The notes under the pieces were generated by a model that saw only the letters and a program-made list of their open reading frames with translations, was not told where the DNA came from and searched no databases. DNA of 36,825 bases from Candidatus Kaiserbacteria bacterium RIFOXYB1_FULL_46_14. Its GTDB lineage: Bacteria; Patescibacteriota; Minisyncoccia; Phycocordibacterales; UBA918. Position numbers and translations under genes: made by a program. Of the stretch, positions 17,767-28,590 are shown one piece after another; positions within the stretch are counted from its first letter, which is position 1; each line of letters starts with the position of its first letter. The DNA lies in NCBI GenBank assembly GCA_001783525.1, contig MFMS01000002.1, positions 208,135 through 244,959 of the forward strand, in the 5' to 3' direction.

Positions 17767-18468
17767 ATGAGCGTTCGTTTGAACAAATATCTAGCCGATA
17801 AAAAGCTTGCTTCTAGGCGCGAGGCAGACCGACTGATCTCCGAAGGTAAGGTGCTGGTTAATGGCAAAAAGGCCGTCCTTGGACAACAAATTACCGAGGA
17901 TGACATCGTCCGCCTCGCGCCAGATGCTACTAAGCCCCGCACCTATCTCGCCTACTACAAAGGTGTTGGTATTATTACTCACTCTCCAAGCAGTGGCGAA
18001 ACCGACATTGTGACGCGTCTAAAGAAGGATTATGGCCTTACAGGGCTCTTTCCGGTCGGTCGGTTGGACAAGGCCTCTGAAGGCCTTCTGATCATCACTG
18101 ACGACGGTCTGATCACTGGCCCACTCCTCGATACAGGCAACGACAACGAAAAGGAGTACGAGGTAACAGTAGATAAGCCGGTGACCATCGGTCTTTTGAA
18201 GCAACTAGCGCGCGGTGTAAATATCGAAGGCTACAAGACCAAACCAGCCCTCGCTGTGCCAAAGGGCAGAAATGTCTTTCGACTCGTCCTCACTGAGGGT
18301 AAGAAGCACCAAATCAGACGTATGTGTGCCGCTCTCGGCTGGCAGGTAGAAAACTTGAAGCGTGTGCGTATTGTAAACATCGAACTTGGCAAATTGAAAC
18401 CAAATCAATATCGCAAAATCGCCGGAAAAGAGCTTAAAGACTTTTTGAAAGCTCTGGGGATGGTTTAA
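17767..18468 (+). CDS. rRNA pseudouridine synthase, RsuA/RluB/RluF family
   Basis: S4 domain RLNKYLA..SRREAD; catalytic VGRLDKASEGL; EGKKHQIRRM. Confidence 0.93.
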   Translation: MSVRLNKYLADKKLASRREADRLISEGKVLVNGKKAVLGQQITEDDIVRLAPDATKPRTYLAYYKGVGIITHSPSSGETDIVTRLKKDYGLTGLFPVGRLDKASEGLLIITDDGLITGPLLDTGNDNEKEYEVTVDKPVTIGLLKQLARGVNIEGYKTKPALAVPKGRNVFRLVLTEGKKHQIRRMCAALGWQVENLKRVRIVNIELGKLKPNQYRKIAGKELKDFLKALGMV

Positions 18469-18470
18469 AC

Positions 18471-18515
18471 AATAATAAAACAGCCGCCGGCTTCGCCGGC
18501 GGCTGTTTTATTATT
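18471..18515. terminator. Bidirectional terminator between convergent genes
   Basis: Perfect 21-bp inverted repeat around TTC. Confidence 0.85.
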
Positions 18516-20292
18516 ATTTACCCTTCTTACGCTCACTCTCTTTCAAAAGAGCCTTTCGCAAACGCACGCTTTGCGGAGTCACCTCCAAAAATTCATCGTC
18601 TGCCATTGTTTCCAAGCCGATTTCAATACTAAGGATTCGCGGTGGAGTAAGGTTGATTGCCTCATCCGCTCCAGAAGAGCGCATGTTGGTAAGTTGCTTA
18701 CCCTTGGTCGGGTTAACCATCATCTCCTCACCCTTAGAAGTGTTACCAATAACCATACCCTCATATACCTCTGTGGCAGGGCTAATGTAAAGCTGACCAC
18801 GATCCTGCAAGTTCCACAAAGAAAATCCAAGTGCTTTACCTGCCGCCATCGAGATCATACTACCAGCCTGACGCTTCTTAATCTCGCCAGCGTATGGTCG
18901 GAAGCCAACGAACTGAGAAGCCAAAATGCCTTCTCCTCTAGTATCAATAATAAACTGGCCCTTATACCCAAGAAGGCCACGAGTTGGGCCAACAAAAATC
19001 AAACGAACCTGATTTTCGTGAGTAATCATATTCTGCATCACGAAACCGCGGTTGGACAACTTCTCAATTACTGAGCCTTGGAATTCAGACGGAATATCAG
19101 CTACCACTTCCTCAAACGGCTCAGTCTTATGGCCATTTTCTTCTTTGATGATTACTTGTGGTTGTGACACGGCCATTTCGTAACCTTCACGTCGCATGTT
19201 CTCAAGCAAGATCGAAATGTGCATTTCACCACGTCCATACACCTCAAAGAAATCTCCCTTTGAAAAGTCCACCTTTAGACCGACGTTAATTTCCAATTCT
19301 TTTTCAAGACGCTCTCTAATCTGGCGACCAGTAACAAACTTACCTTCTCTACCAGCGAAAGGAGAAGCGTTTGGCATAAAGCGGAGGCCGATAGTTGGTT
19401 CATCAACGTGGATGGCAGTGAGAGGTTCAGTCGCCTCATTGTCAACGAGTGTTTCGCCGATATCGATCTTAGAAAAACCAGCGATCAGTGCAATATCACC
19501 AGCATAAACAGTCTCAGCCTCTACCTGGCTAGTGCCTTTGAAGGTAGAAATTTTTACCACTTTGCTACTCCATTTCTCCTTTCCGTCCGCTGTCACAAAT
19601 AGGTTCTGACCTTTGCTTAACTTTCCGCTATATACACGCGCTACGGCTAAGCGACCGAGGAAGTTGTCATAACCAAGATTGAAAACCTGCGCTGTTAGAG
19701 GTTCACCCTCCGTATAACCCTTAGCGGCTGGCACTTGCTCCAAGATCACATCAAGAAGCGGGGAAAGATCCTTTGAATCATCCTCTAGTGCACGCTTGGC
19801 AATACCTTCACGGCCGATCGCAAAAACAGTAGTGAAATTGGATTGTTCATCGTTGGCACCAAGCTCTAGGAAAAGTTCCAACACCTGCTCTTCAGCATGG
19901 TGTGGATTAGCGGCCGGCTTGTCGATCTTGTTGATGACCACAATCGGCTTAAGGCCGAGTTCAAGTGACTTCTTCAGTACGAAGCGTGTCTGAGGCATCG
20001 GACCCTCCTGTGCGTCAACTACGAGCAGAACGGAGTCGATAGAACGCAAAACACGCTCCACTTCACTACCGAAGTCGGCGTGGCCTGGAGTGTCAACGAT
20101 GTTGATCTTGGTGCCCTTATATTCGATCGAGGTGTTTTTGGCATAAATAGTAATGCCACGCTCCTTTTCGAGAGCGTTTGAGTCCATAGACTGACCCTCG
20201 AGTTTGGAACCAGTCTGCTCCATCAGGGCATCAGTAAGGGTTGTCTTACCATGGTCCACGTGAGCGATAATTGCGATATTTCGTATTTCCAT
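18514..20292 (-). CDS. typA: Translational GTPase TypA/BipA
   Basis: [42 protein letters not shown]. Confidence 0.97.
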   Translation of the reverse strand: MEIRNIAIIAHVDHGKTTLTDALMEQTGSKLEGQSMDSNALEKERGITIYAKNTSIEYKGTKINIVDTPGHADFGSEVERVLRSIDSVLLVVDAQEGPMPQTRFVLKKSLELGLKPIVVINKIDKPAANPHHAEEQVLELFLELGANDEQSNFTTVFAIGREGIAKRALEDDSKDLSPLLDVILEQVPAAKGYTEGEPLTAQVFNLGYDNFLGRLAVARVYSGKLSKGQNLFVTADGKEKWSSKVVKISTFKGTSQVEAETVYAGDIALIAGFSKIDIGETLVDNEATEPLTAIHVDEPTIGLRFMPNASPFAGREGKFVTGRQIRERLEKELEINVGLKVDFSKGDFFEVYGRGEMHISILLENMRREGYEMAVSQPQVIIKEENGHKTEPFEEVVADIPSEFQGSVIEKLSNRGFVMQNMITHENQVRLIFVGPTRGLLGYKGQFIIDTRGEGILASQFVGFRPYAGEIKKRQAGSMISMAAGKALGFSLWNLQDRGQLYISPATEVYEGMVIGNTSKGEEMMVNPTKGKQLTNMRSSGADEAINLTPPRILSIEIGLETMADDEFLEVTPQSVRLRKALLKESERKKGK

Positions 20293-20378
20293 AATCAAAA
20301 AAGAAAAAGTGCCCTTGGGGGCGGCTATAAGTGCACGAAATCCTACATCAAAATCGACAGATTGTCCAATAGAATTGG

Positions 20379-20442
20379 AAAAAGCCGGCGGCTTGCGGGG
20401 TAGATTCGCAGAAGTCTCTACCTCGCAAGTCGCCGGCTTTTT
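20379..20442. terminator. Long hairpin terminator downstream of the ECF-target gene
   Basis: AAAAAGCCGGCGGCTTGCGGGGTAGA / TCTACCTCGCAAGTCGCCGGCTTTTT. Confidence 0.8.
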
Positions 20443-20460
20443 GCCGAAGACTATAGACTA

Positions 20461-21123
20461 TTAATCCTGATCGTCGTCTTCCCTATCCATTCCTCGACCA
20501 AAACCAAAGCCACGACCCTCTGCCTTCTCTGGCAATTCAATGCCGTAAGAGGTGAGTAATTCCTTTACTTTGTCATGATTGCGCGCTTCAAAAGCGGCTT
20601 TTATCTCTGTCTTTTGGGCATCGGTTAGTTGCGACAAGAATGGCGGTTCCTTACCGTCACCCATCCTGCCACCATGTTCGCCATCACGAGGGCCCTTGAT
20701 ACCAAGTTCATCAAAAATCTCCTTGGCGGCTTCACGATCACCATTCTTCATCAGATTGTGCGCCTCAACGAAGCTAGCGAATTCCTCTTTAGTATTAATG
20801 ATGTCAGCAAGTGGTGAACCTTCGATTGCTTTCAGAAAAGCATCGTAATCGTTATTCTCCACTGCCGTCTTTACTGCCTCATGTTCGCCATGCATCGTAT
20901 CGCGAAGGCGCTCCATTACGTCTCCATCAATACCGGCTTCTTCGAGTACATCACGGGCGGCATCACTATCGCCTGCTTCACGGAGTTTTTTAGCTTCTTC
21001 AAAAGCGCTGATTTGCTCGTCTTTAAGACCAGCCTTCTGAAGTAGGTCACTATTAAAGGCACTGGCGCCGGTCACAGTCACAGCAAACGCAGCTACTGGT
21101 ATTAACACTGATCTTAAATTCAT
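20461..21123 (-). CDS. Secreted helical protein with LTxxQ-like motifs (Spy/CpxP-like character)
   Basis: Start MNLRSV; signal peptide ending ASA; GLKDEQ and QLTDAQK; G/R-rich linkers. Confidence 0.65.
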   Translation of the reverse strand: MNLRSVLIPVAAFAVTVTGASAFNSDLLQKAGLKDEQISAFEEAKKLREAGDSDAARDVLEEAGIDGDVMERLRDTMHGEHEAVKTAVENNDYDAFLKAIEGSPLADIINTKEEFASFVEAHNLMKNGDREAAKEIFDELGIKGPRDGEHGGRMGDGKEPPFLSQLTDAQKTEIKAAFEARNHDKVKELLTSYGIELPEKAEGRGFGFGRGMDREDDDQD

Positions 21124-21196
21124 AGATGAAAAATAATTAGCTCTGCGTTGTTTAATAGCGACTAATCTGCATTTGTCTGATCGCTTCACTTATTGC

Positions 21197-21222
21197 TACG
21201 CAGAAAAGTAGTTTGTATTTCA
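21197..21222 (-). promoter_or_regulatory. ECF promoter for the secreted helical protein
   Basis: Minus strand TGAAAT-N16-CGTA, identical boxes to 17717-17742. Confidence 0.7.
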
Positions 21223-21254
21223 AACGGCCGGACAGCTACGCTGTCCGGCCGTTT
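21222..21254. terminator. Hairpin terminator downstream of 21268..21837
   Basis: 15-bp perfect stem AAACGGCCGGACAGC/GCTGTCCGGCCGTTT. Confidence 0.75.
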
Positions 21255-21267
21255 TAAACCCTCCTCC

Positions 21268-21837
21268 TTAATCCTTATTCTCTACCCCTATATTTTCATT
21301 GAGCCATTTTTGGAGCCATTTGGATGGAGTCATACTTTCGCTACCATCTCCTTCATCAATACTTTGCCACACCTTCTGAAGTGAAATAGCCAACTCGGTG
21401 TCATGTCCGAGCTCGGTCTCGCAAGTATCAAGCAGATAGGTATAGCCATCGACAGTGAAGCGATATTCATATTCGACATCTTCTGATATTTCACATTCCT
21501 TATCCTCTTTGTATGGAAGAATCTCGTCTTCTGTAAGCATCAACTTTTTAACCAAAGAACCGCTGACTGACCCCTTTTTACTGACCACTGATTCACCCGT
21601 CTCTTCGTCAATAGTCATAAGAGTGTAAGTGCCGTCTGACAATAGTCGAAAAGAAGCATCATTTATATAACCCTGTCGTCTTTCGCCAACAATGCTCCAA
21701 TCAGAAGCGGCGGCCTCTTCACTTCCTAGATCTTCCGGTAAATACACCGGTTTCCATACAGCAACATACATATACATCCCGAGCGCCGCACCGGTAAAAA
21801 AAGTCAGCGTGAAGAGCATCCAATCGTCGCGTTTCAT
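21268..21837 (-). CDS. Hypothetical membrane-anchored protein
   Basis: N-terminal TM, acidic extracytoplasmic domain with 2 Cys; TATAAT 7 nt upstream of the ATG. Confidence 0.75.
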   Translation of the reverse strand: MKRDDWMLFTLTFFTGAALGMYMYVAVWKPVYLPEDLGSEEAAASDWSIVGERRQGYINDASFRLLSDGTYTLMTIDEETGESVVSKKGSVSGSLVKKLMLTEDEILPYKEDKECEISEDVEYEYRFTVDGYTYLLDTCETELGHDTELAISLQKVWQSIDEGDGSESMTPSKWLQKWLNENIGVENKD

Positions 21838-21929
21838 TGTCTAAATTATACACGGTGGCGCGGCGAAGCCGCACCACCGTCGGTTGGTAAACCGACACAC
21901 TTTAGGCTATGATAACCCCGCAATATTTT

Positions 21930-22016
21930 GGAGGGTTCGCATAGTGGTCTAGTGCGCCGCCTTGGAAAGGCGGTAAGGGGGAAACTCCTTCGAGGGTTCA
22001 AATCCCTCACCCTCCG
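21930..22016 (+). tRNA. tRNA-Ser(GGA)
   Basis: Acceptor GGAGGGT/ACCCTCC, anticodon arm CCGCC-TTGGAAA-GGCGG, long variable arm, T arm GAGGG-TTCAAAT-CCCTC, discriminator G. Confidence 0.97.
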
Positions 22017-22178
22017 CAAAATAATGAACGCAAAACGAACACTTGGAGTTTTGTGTGATTATATTTTGAGAGAGGTGGGAGGGATTTGAAAATCCTTTTG
22101 AGCTGAAATTAATTTAAAGAAAATTTTAGCCAAAAGGTATACTGCTCTGTAAGAGAAAAACTCCCTCACCCTCCGCCA
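22003..22178 (+). mobile_element. 159-bp tRNA-associated element bounded by a 15-bp duplication of the tRNA 3' end
   Basis: TCCCTCACCCTCCGC at 22003-22017 and 22162-22176; only the second copy continues as CCA; internal hairpins. Confidence 0.6.
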
Positions 22179-22201
22179 AGATTCATAATCAAAGATGGTA
22201 C

Positions 22202-22232
22202 AAAAAAACAGCGACTCAGGTCGCTGTTTTTT
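22202..22232. terminator. Bidirectional terminator
   Basis: A7-CAGCGAC-TCAG-GTCGCTG-T6. Confidence 0.85.
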
Positions 22233-22250
22233 GTTAGATAGTCTGCGGAG

Positions 22251-22619
22251 TTATTGATTGAACCACTCCTTACGCCAATCTCTCATCATCTGTATCTCCC
22301 CTGTCTGAGCAGAGATGATGTCATTACCAAGCTTGGTCAGTTCTGGGCGGTTGGTACCTCGGATAAGTGTTTGTGCCATCTGTACCGCACCCTCGTGATG
22401 AATAATCATTTCATCAAGGAATGCTCGATCAAGGGCGTCGCCTGTTTTCCCCTCAAGACCCATCATCATGCCGCCCATTGCTCCATGCATGCCTGATGAG
22501 GTAAAGGTTGGTGTGGGATTAATTACTGGACGATTCGTGCCAACAAAATAACCGACGACTAAACCAAGGATGAGGGTTAATAGACCAACGACGAGGACAT
22601 TGTTCTTTGCATTTTCCAT
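22251..22619 (-). CDS. DUF305 domain (CopM-like ferritin-fold) protein
   Basis: DRAFLDEMIIHHEGAVQMA...IISAQTGEIQMMRDW; Met/His-rich linker; start MENAK. Confidence 0.88.
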   Translation of the reverse strand: MENAKNNVLVVGLLTLILGLVVGYFVGTNRPVINPTPTFTSSGMHGAMGGMMMGLEGKTGDALDRAFLDEMIIHHEGAVQMAQTLIRGTNRPELTKLGNDIISAQTGEIQMMRDWRKEWFNQ

Positions 22620-22785
22620 ATAATTTAATTGTACCAAATTCTTCATAAGAAGCTTGTTTTCCCTAAGCACCCATATTTCTCTATGAATGGTGAGTTATAC
22701 ACAATCTGCGTCTTGATCGGTCAAACGGACTCTGCATAGGAGTAAAATGTATGTAAGGGCTTTAAAAGCTAAATTTTTATCACGT

Positions 22786-23172
22786 ATGGAAATGACGATG
22801 TTCCTGGCAGGTCTATGGGGTCCAGCGATGTTGGCTATCGGCATAGGGATGTTTATCAATCGTGGCCACTACATAAAGATCTACCGCGATCTCGCACGCG
22901 AACCATTCGCCGTAATGATTTTCGGGATGGCTGCAGTCGTTGTAGGTATGGCGCAGGTCAATGCACACAATATATGGGAGACATTGCCAGAGATGTTGGT
23001 GAGCCTACTTGGTTGGCTCCTTCTTCTTAAAGGTCTTGCCTGTGTGATTATGCCAAACTGGGTCGAGCGCTCGGGTCACTGGATGGATAATAATTTACAA
23101 ATGCTCACAACAAGTAGCGCGGTGCTGGTAATAATCGGCGTCTATCTTACTTGGAGCGTGTACTTTACTTAA
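22786..23172 (+). CDS. Hypothetical 4-TM membrane protein
   Basis: Four hydrophobic helices; HNIW...SLLGW motif; likely start MEMTM. Confidence 0.75.
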   Translation: MEMTMFLAGLWGPAMLAIGIGMFINRGHYIKIYRDLAREPFAVMIFGMAAVVVGMAQVNAHNIWETLPEMLVSLLGWLLLLKGLACVIMPNWVERSGHWMDNNLQMLTTSSAVLVIIGVYLTWSVYFT

Positions 23173-23180
23173 TCGGTGTT

Positions 23181-23219
23181 ACAAAAAGGCCGCCGCGTCA
23201 GACGCGGCGGCCTTTTTGT
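23181..23219. terminator. Bidirectional terminator
   Basis: ACAAAAAGGCCGCCGCGTC-A-GACGCGGCGGCCTTTTTGT. Confidence 0.85.
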
Positions 23220-23224
23220 TTATC

Positions 23225-23581
23225 TCAATGCTTACAATTTCCTCGTACAGTGATCTCAATCGATTTTGTTTCGAAGTCCGGCAGCTTAAGTAACTCTTTA
23301 AGCATATCGGTTGGCACGGAGAAATGTAGCACTCGGTTGCAGTCATCGCAGATAGCGTGATGATGTGGCTCACTTGCGTATTCATACTGTGCCTCATCAC
23401 CACCGAGGTTTAATTTCTTGATTGTCCCCTCCTTTACAAATAGCTCAAGATTTCGATAAACGGTAGTAATATCCATATCTCGTAACTTGAGATGGATTTC
23501 AGCCGCCGAAAGGGCGCCGTGATGTCGTTGTAAAACATCTAAAACTTTCTCTCTTTTTTTGCTATGACGACGAGTTGCCAT
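23225..23581 (-). CDS. Fur family transcriptional regulator
   Basis: LSAAEIH, TTVYRNLELF, HHHAICDDC, GNCKH. Confidence 0.92.
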   Translation of the reverse strand: MATRRHSKKREKVLDVLQRHHGALSAAEIHLKLRDMDITTVYRNLELFVKEGTIKKLNLGGDEAQYEYASEPHHHAICDDCNRVLHFSVPTDMLKELLKLPDFETKSIEITVRGNCKH

Positions 23582-23588
23582 GTTGATA

Positions 23589-24494
23589 TCAATGATTCAT
23601 TTCACGCAAAATACGAATGCGTTCGCCGGCCGGTGGATGAGTTTGAAAAAGGTTGGAAATCTTTTGTCCAAAAGTGTTTTTTTCTGGACCAAATGGGTCG
23701 GCGATAAAAAGATGGGCAGTGGCGTTGTTGGCACGAGCCATCGGTCGTCCATAGGCACTGATCTTTTCCAAAGCAGAAGCCAAGCCCTCCGGATAACGTG
23801 TAAGGAGTGCGCCTGTGGCATCGGCCAGATATTCACGCTTTCGTGAAATTGCCATCTGAATGAGTTGAGCGGCGATAGGCGCGAGGATGATACCGACGAT
23901 GCCAAGTACGAGCATAATCGCTCCGGCTTTGCTGTCACGATCACCCTTATCTCCACCCCACATCATCGATCTCATCAACATATCAGCTACAATCGCCACA
24001 AAACCAGCCAACACCACTGCCACTGTGGAGACCAACATATCGCGGTTGCCAACATGTGAAAGCTCGTGCGCCATCACCCCCTCCAACTCTGTACGGTCGA
24101 GGATGGTGAGCAAACCAGTGGTAGTGGCCACTACTGCGTGTTTAGGATCGCGACCGGTAGCGAAGGCATTAGGTGCAGGATCTTCTACCACATACACCTT
24201 AGGCATTGGCAGGCCAGCAGTGATAGAAAGATTTTCTACCACCTTGATGAGATCATAATGTGCTCGTGGATCAGCCTCTTTTGCACCTGTCATCGCTATG
24301 ACAAGTTTGTCACTCCACCAATAACTCGCGACGTTCATAAAAAGTGCAAAGCCAATCGCCACATACATTATGGCCGGATTGCCGTAGTACCAGTTGAGGA
24401 AATAGCCGATTGCTATCACAATCGCAAAAAACATCGCCATCAAGAACCATGTCTTGCGAACGTTTGCTGATTGATGAGTATAAAGAGTTGCCAT
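23589..24494 (-). CDS. htpX: M48 family zinc metalloprotease HtpX
   Basis: PNAFATG, AHELSH, SRKREYLAD, THPP. Confidence 0.93.
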   Translation of the reverse strand: MATLYTHQSANVRKTWFLMAMFFAIVIAIGYFLNWYYGNPAIMYVAIGFALFMNVASYWWSDKLVIAMTGAKEADPRAHYDLIKVVENLSITAGLPMPKVYVVEDPAPNAFATGRDPKHAVVATTTGLLTILDRTELEGVMAHELSHVGNRDMLVSTVAVVLAGFVAIVADMLMRSMMWGGDKGDRDSKAGAIMLVLGIVGIILAPIAAQLIQMAISRKREYLADATGALLTRYPEGLASALEKISAYGRPMARANNATAHLFIADPFGPEKNTFGQKISNLFQTHPPAGERIRILREMNH

Positions 24495-24496
24495 AG

Positions 24497-24835
24497 TTAA
24501 TTTTTACTTTCAGCCCAGACAAGGAAGTGCTTTGAATTATAAACTCCTTTCTTTGTGAGATTTTCTTCAATCGCCACTTTTATATCAGCTTCAGTTAGCT
24601 CCATCATTTTGGTAAGAGCGTCTAGCACTACCATCAGATCAGCATATTCAGAAAGAAAGTCTTCACGTCCTTCTGCAGAAGCTAATTCGCCAGCCTCCTC
24701 AACGATTTTTTTGCGCAGTTCCTCTGCTAATTCTAACGGGTCAGTAACGATTCTCACTTCACACGTGTCGCCGGCACCTTCGATCTTTTCCTTCACTCGG
24801 TCACGGATTAGTTTGTTGTATTCTATGCGAGCCAT
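24497..24835 (-). CDS. MazG-like nucleoside triphosphate pyrophosphohydrolase
   Basis: YNKLIRD, KKIVEEAGE, EYADLMVV. Confidence 0.85.
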   Translation of the reverse strand: MARIEYNKLIRDRVKEKIEGAGDTCEVRIVTDPLELAEELRKKIVEEAGELASAEGREDFLSEYADLMVVLDALTKMMELTEADIKVAIEENLTKKGVYNSKHFLVWAESKN

Positions 24836-24860
24836 AGATTTATACTAGTCTGACTAGTAT

Positions 24861-25448
24861 TTAGAAACTGACCTTCACTGGTTCACGAGCCGCTTCTTCG
24901 TTTTCACCTAGTTCGAAGTATTCTCGGCTCTTGAAGTTGAACATATTGCCGATGATGTTGCTTGGGAAAGACTGGAGTGCAATGCCAAGATCGCGTACGT
25001 TGCCGTTGTAGAAGCGACGAGCGGCTTGAATCTTGTTTTCAGTATCGGTGAGTTCGCGTTGCAACTCAACGAAATTCTGACTAGCTTTGAGATCAGGATA
25101 ATTTTCGGCAATTGCCAATAATTTTCCGAGAGAATCAGAAAGTGCCCCCTCTGCGGCGGCCATGGCCTTTATTTGCTCTGGAGTAATATTGCTCGGGTCA
25201 ACGTGTACTTGAGTAGCCTTGGCACGAGCCTCGGTAACAGCCTCTAAAGTACCGCGTTCGTGTGACACATACCCTTTTACTGATTCGATCAAGTTCGGGA
25301 TAAGGTCGTAACGACGCTTGAGCTGTACATCAATATCAGCCCACGCTTCGCTAGTATGCTGAACTAGGCGAACGAAACGGTTGTAGGTGAACATCACAAA
25401 AACACCAACGACAGCGACGACAACTAGAGTAATAATTATTGGATCCAT
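24861..25448 (-). CDS. lemA: LemA family protein
   Basis: AWADIDVQLKRRYDLIPNL, ENYPDLKASQNF, ARRFYN. Confidence 0.95.
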   Translation of the reverse strand: MDPIIITLVVVAVVGVFVMFTYNRFVRLVQHTSEAWADIDVQLKRRYDLIPNLIESVKGYVSHERGTLEAVTEARAKATQVHVDPSNITPEQIKAMAAAEGALSDSLGKLLAIAENYPDLKASQNFVELQRELTDTENKIQAARRFYNGNVRDLGIALQSFPSNIIGNMFNFKSREYFELGENEEAAREPVKVSF

Positions 25449-25557
25449 AGAGAATGGTTATGAAATTATTCTAATATCCTTATTTTAGCATATTTGACAC
25501 AAATGCAAGTTATTGTACGATACGGCCGATTCGTTAACGAGCAAAGGAGGCGAAGTC

Positions 25558-25935
25558 GTGTTGAAAGTATTATGCATCGGTGAATCGATTGAGGCTACCC
25601 GAGAAGTGCTGAAATTACGGGATATCGGATGTAGCATTATTATTAGCCCTTCCAGTGAAGTGGTTAGCGAACTGCTTGGGGTTAACGAATTCAAGCAGTT
25701 CAACGATTTCAAGCTGATCATCGTAGTTGATGGCGTCGGCGACCGAGAAGTCGGCATGAGAGACATCCAGCACATCCGCCAATCGAGATGGCAAGATGGA
25801 CCGATAATCTTCCTGTCGCCAGAAGATCGCGAGTCATTCAACTTTAACTTCAACGAAGGGAGGGTTGAATTTATAAAGACTCCGATCAGCGTCAGGGATA
25901 TGGCCGAAGTAATCGCAAGAATTGCCGACGAATGA
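25558..25935 (+). CDS. Atypical response-regulator receiver-like protein
   Basis: AGGAGG 7 nt before GTG 25558; TTGACA-N16-TACGAT upstream; KVLCIGE, LIIVVD, PIIFLS, FIKTP follow the REC strand order. Confidence 0.55.
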   Translation: MLKVLCIGESIEATREVLKLRDIGCSIIISPSSEVVSELLGVNEFKQFNDFKLIIVVDGVGDREVGMRDIQHIRQSRWQDGPIIFLSPEDRESFNFNFNEGRVEFIKTPISVRDMAEVIARIADE

Positions 25936-25939
25936 ACAC

Positions 25940-25974
25940 AAACGGGGCGAAACTCACTTGAGTCCGCCCCGTTT
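25940..25974. terminator. Bidirectional terminator downstream of groEL
   Basis: AAACGGGGCG...CGCCCCGTTT. Confidence 0.7.
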
Positions 25975-25993
25975 AAATTTTTATACTCTAACT

Positions 25994-27649
<1,656 letters not shown>

Positions 27650-27658
27650 TCAAATCCA

Positions 27659-27970
27659 CTAACTAATAATAATTGCGAGCATGTCGCTTTCTGCGAGTAT
27701 CCAATATTCACTGTCGCCAATTTTTGTTGGCTCACCCCAAGTTCTAAACACCACACGATCGCCAACCTTTACTTCCAAAGGCAATCGCTTCTCACCATCC
27801 TCATCCCATTTGCCAGCTCCTATCGCAACCACAATTCCTTGTTCCGGCTTTTCTTGCTTGGCAGTATCAGGAATGATGATTCCAGAGGCTGATACTTTCC
27901 CCGCTTCTTCATTGGTCAGTGGACGTACCACGACGCGATCGGCGAGGGGCTTGATGTTTATTTCTGACAT
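27659..27970 (-). CDS. groS: Co-chaperonin GroES
   Basis: IKPLADRVVV, SGIIIPDTAK, EVKVGDRV; start MSEIN. Confidence 0.96.
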   Translation of the reverse strand: MSEINIKPLADRVVVRPLTNEEAGKVSASGIIIPDTAKQEKPEQGIVVAIGAGKWDEDGEKRLPLEVKVGDRVVFRTWGEPTKIGDSEYWILAESDMLAIIIS

Positions 27971-28255
27971 AGATAAAAAAGCTTTATAAATTAATGGGTG
28001 CTCGGGTTTGGGGTTTGGTATGGGCGGCACATTCCTTTAAAAAGCCTTGCACAGCCAGAGTGGCGAGCAGAGCGAATTTTTTCCTCAGAAAAAATTACGC
28101 GTGCTTTTCAAAGGATTGTGCCGCCCATTAATACCTCCATACCTTTGCGCCTTGATTATAGTTGAAACCGTCCAAACTCTCAACGCAACCAACTTTTGCG
28201 CTAGCAATTTCACAGTTTGCCGTTTTTAAGTCGCTATGATATTCTTGTCAACGTC

Positions 28256-28498
28256 ATGGAATTCGTCCGTACAGTCGTACTTCCGATACTACCTCACATC
28301 CAGATCGCTCTATCCGTCTTGCTGGTTGCAGCTATTCTATTGCAACAGCGCGGATCGAGCTTGGGCGGAGCCTTCGGAGGTGACAATTTTTCAGCGGCCT
28401 TTCACAAGCGTCGCGGTAGTGAACTCTTTCTTTTCCGTCTTACCATTGTCTTGGCGGTCTTGTTTGTGCTTTCTGCACTTGTCGCTATTGCTGCCTAG
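28256..28498 (+). CDS. secG: Preprotein translocase subunit SecG
   Basis: ILLQQRGSSLGGAFGG...RRGSELFL between two TM helices. Confidence 0.9.
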   Translation: MEFVRTVVLPILPHIQIALSVLLVAAILLQQRGSSLGGAFGGDNFSAAFHKRRGSELFLFRLTIVLAVLFVLSALVAIAA

Positions 28499-28590
28499 GT
28501 CTCATTAGACTATTACGATAGACGCTCGGATTTCCTTGGAATGTATTACGCTGACCCAAAAGGGTCTCTTTAACAACTTCGCTTACTTAA

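Noticed and set aside
22017-22161. Prophage or genomic island at tRNA-Ser
   Set aside because: Only about 145 bp lie between the repeats and there is no integrase or phage gene in the window.
28040-28080. CIRCE element upstream of groES
   Set aside because: Only 6/9 half-site matches, with no correctly spaced partner half.
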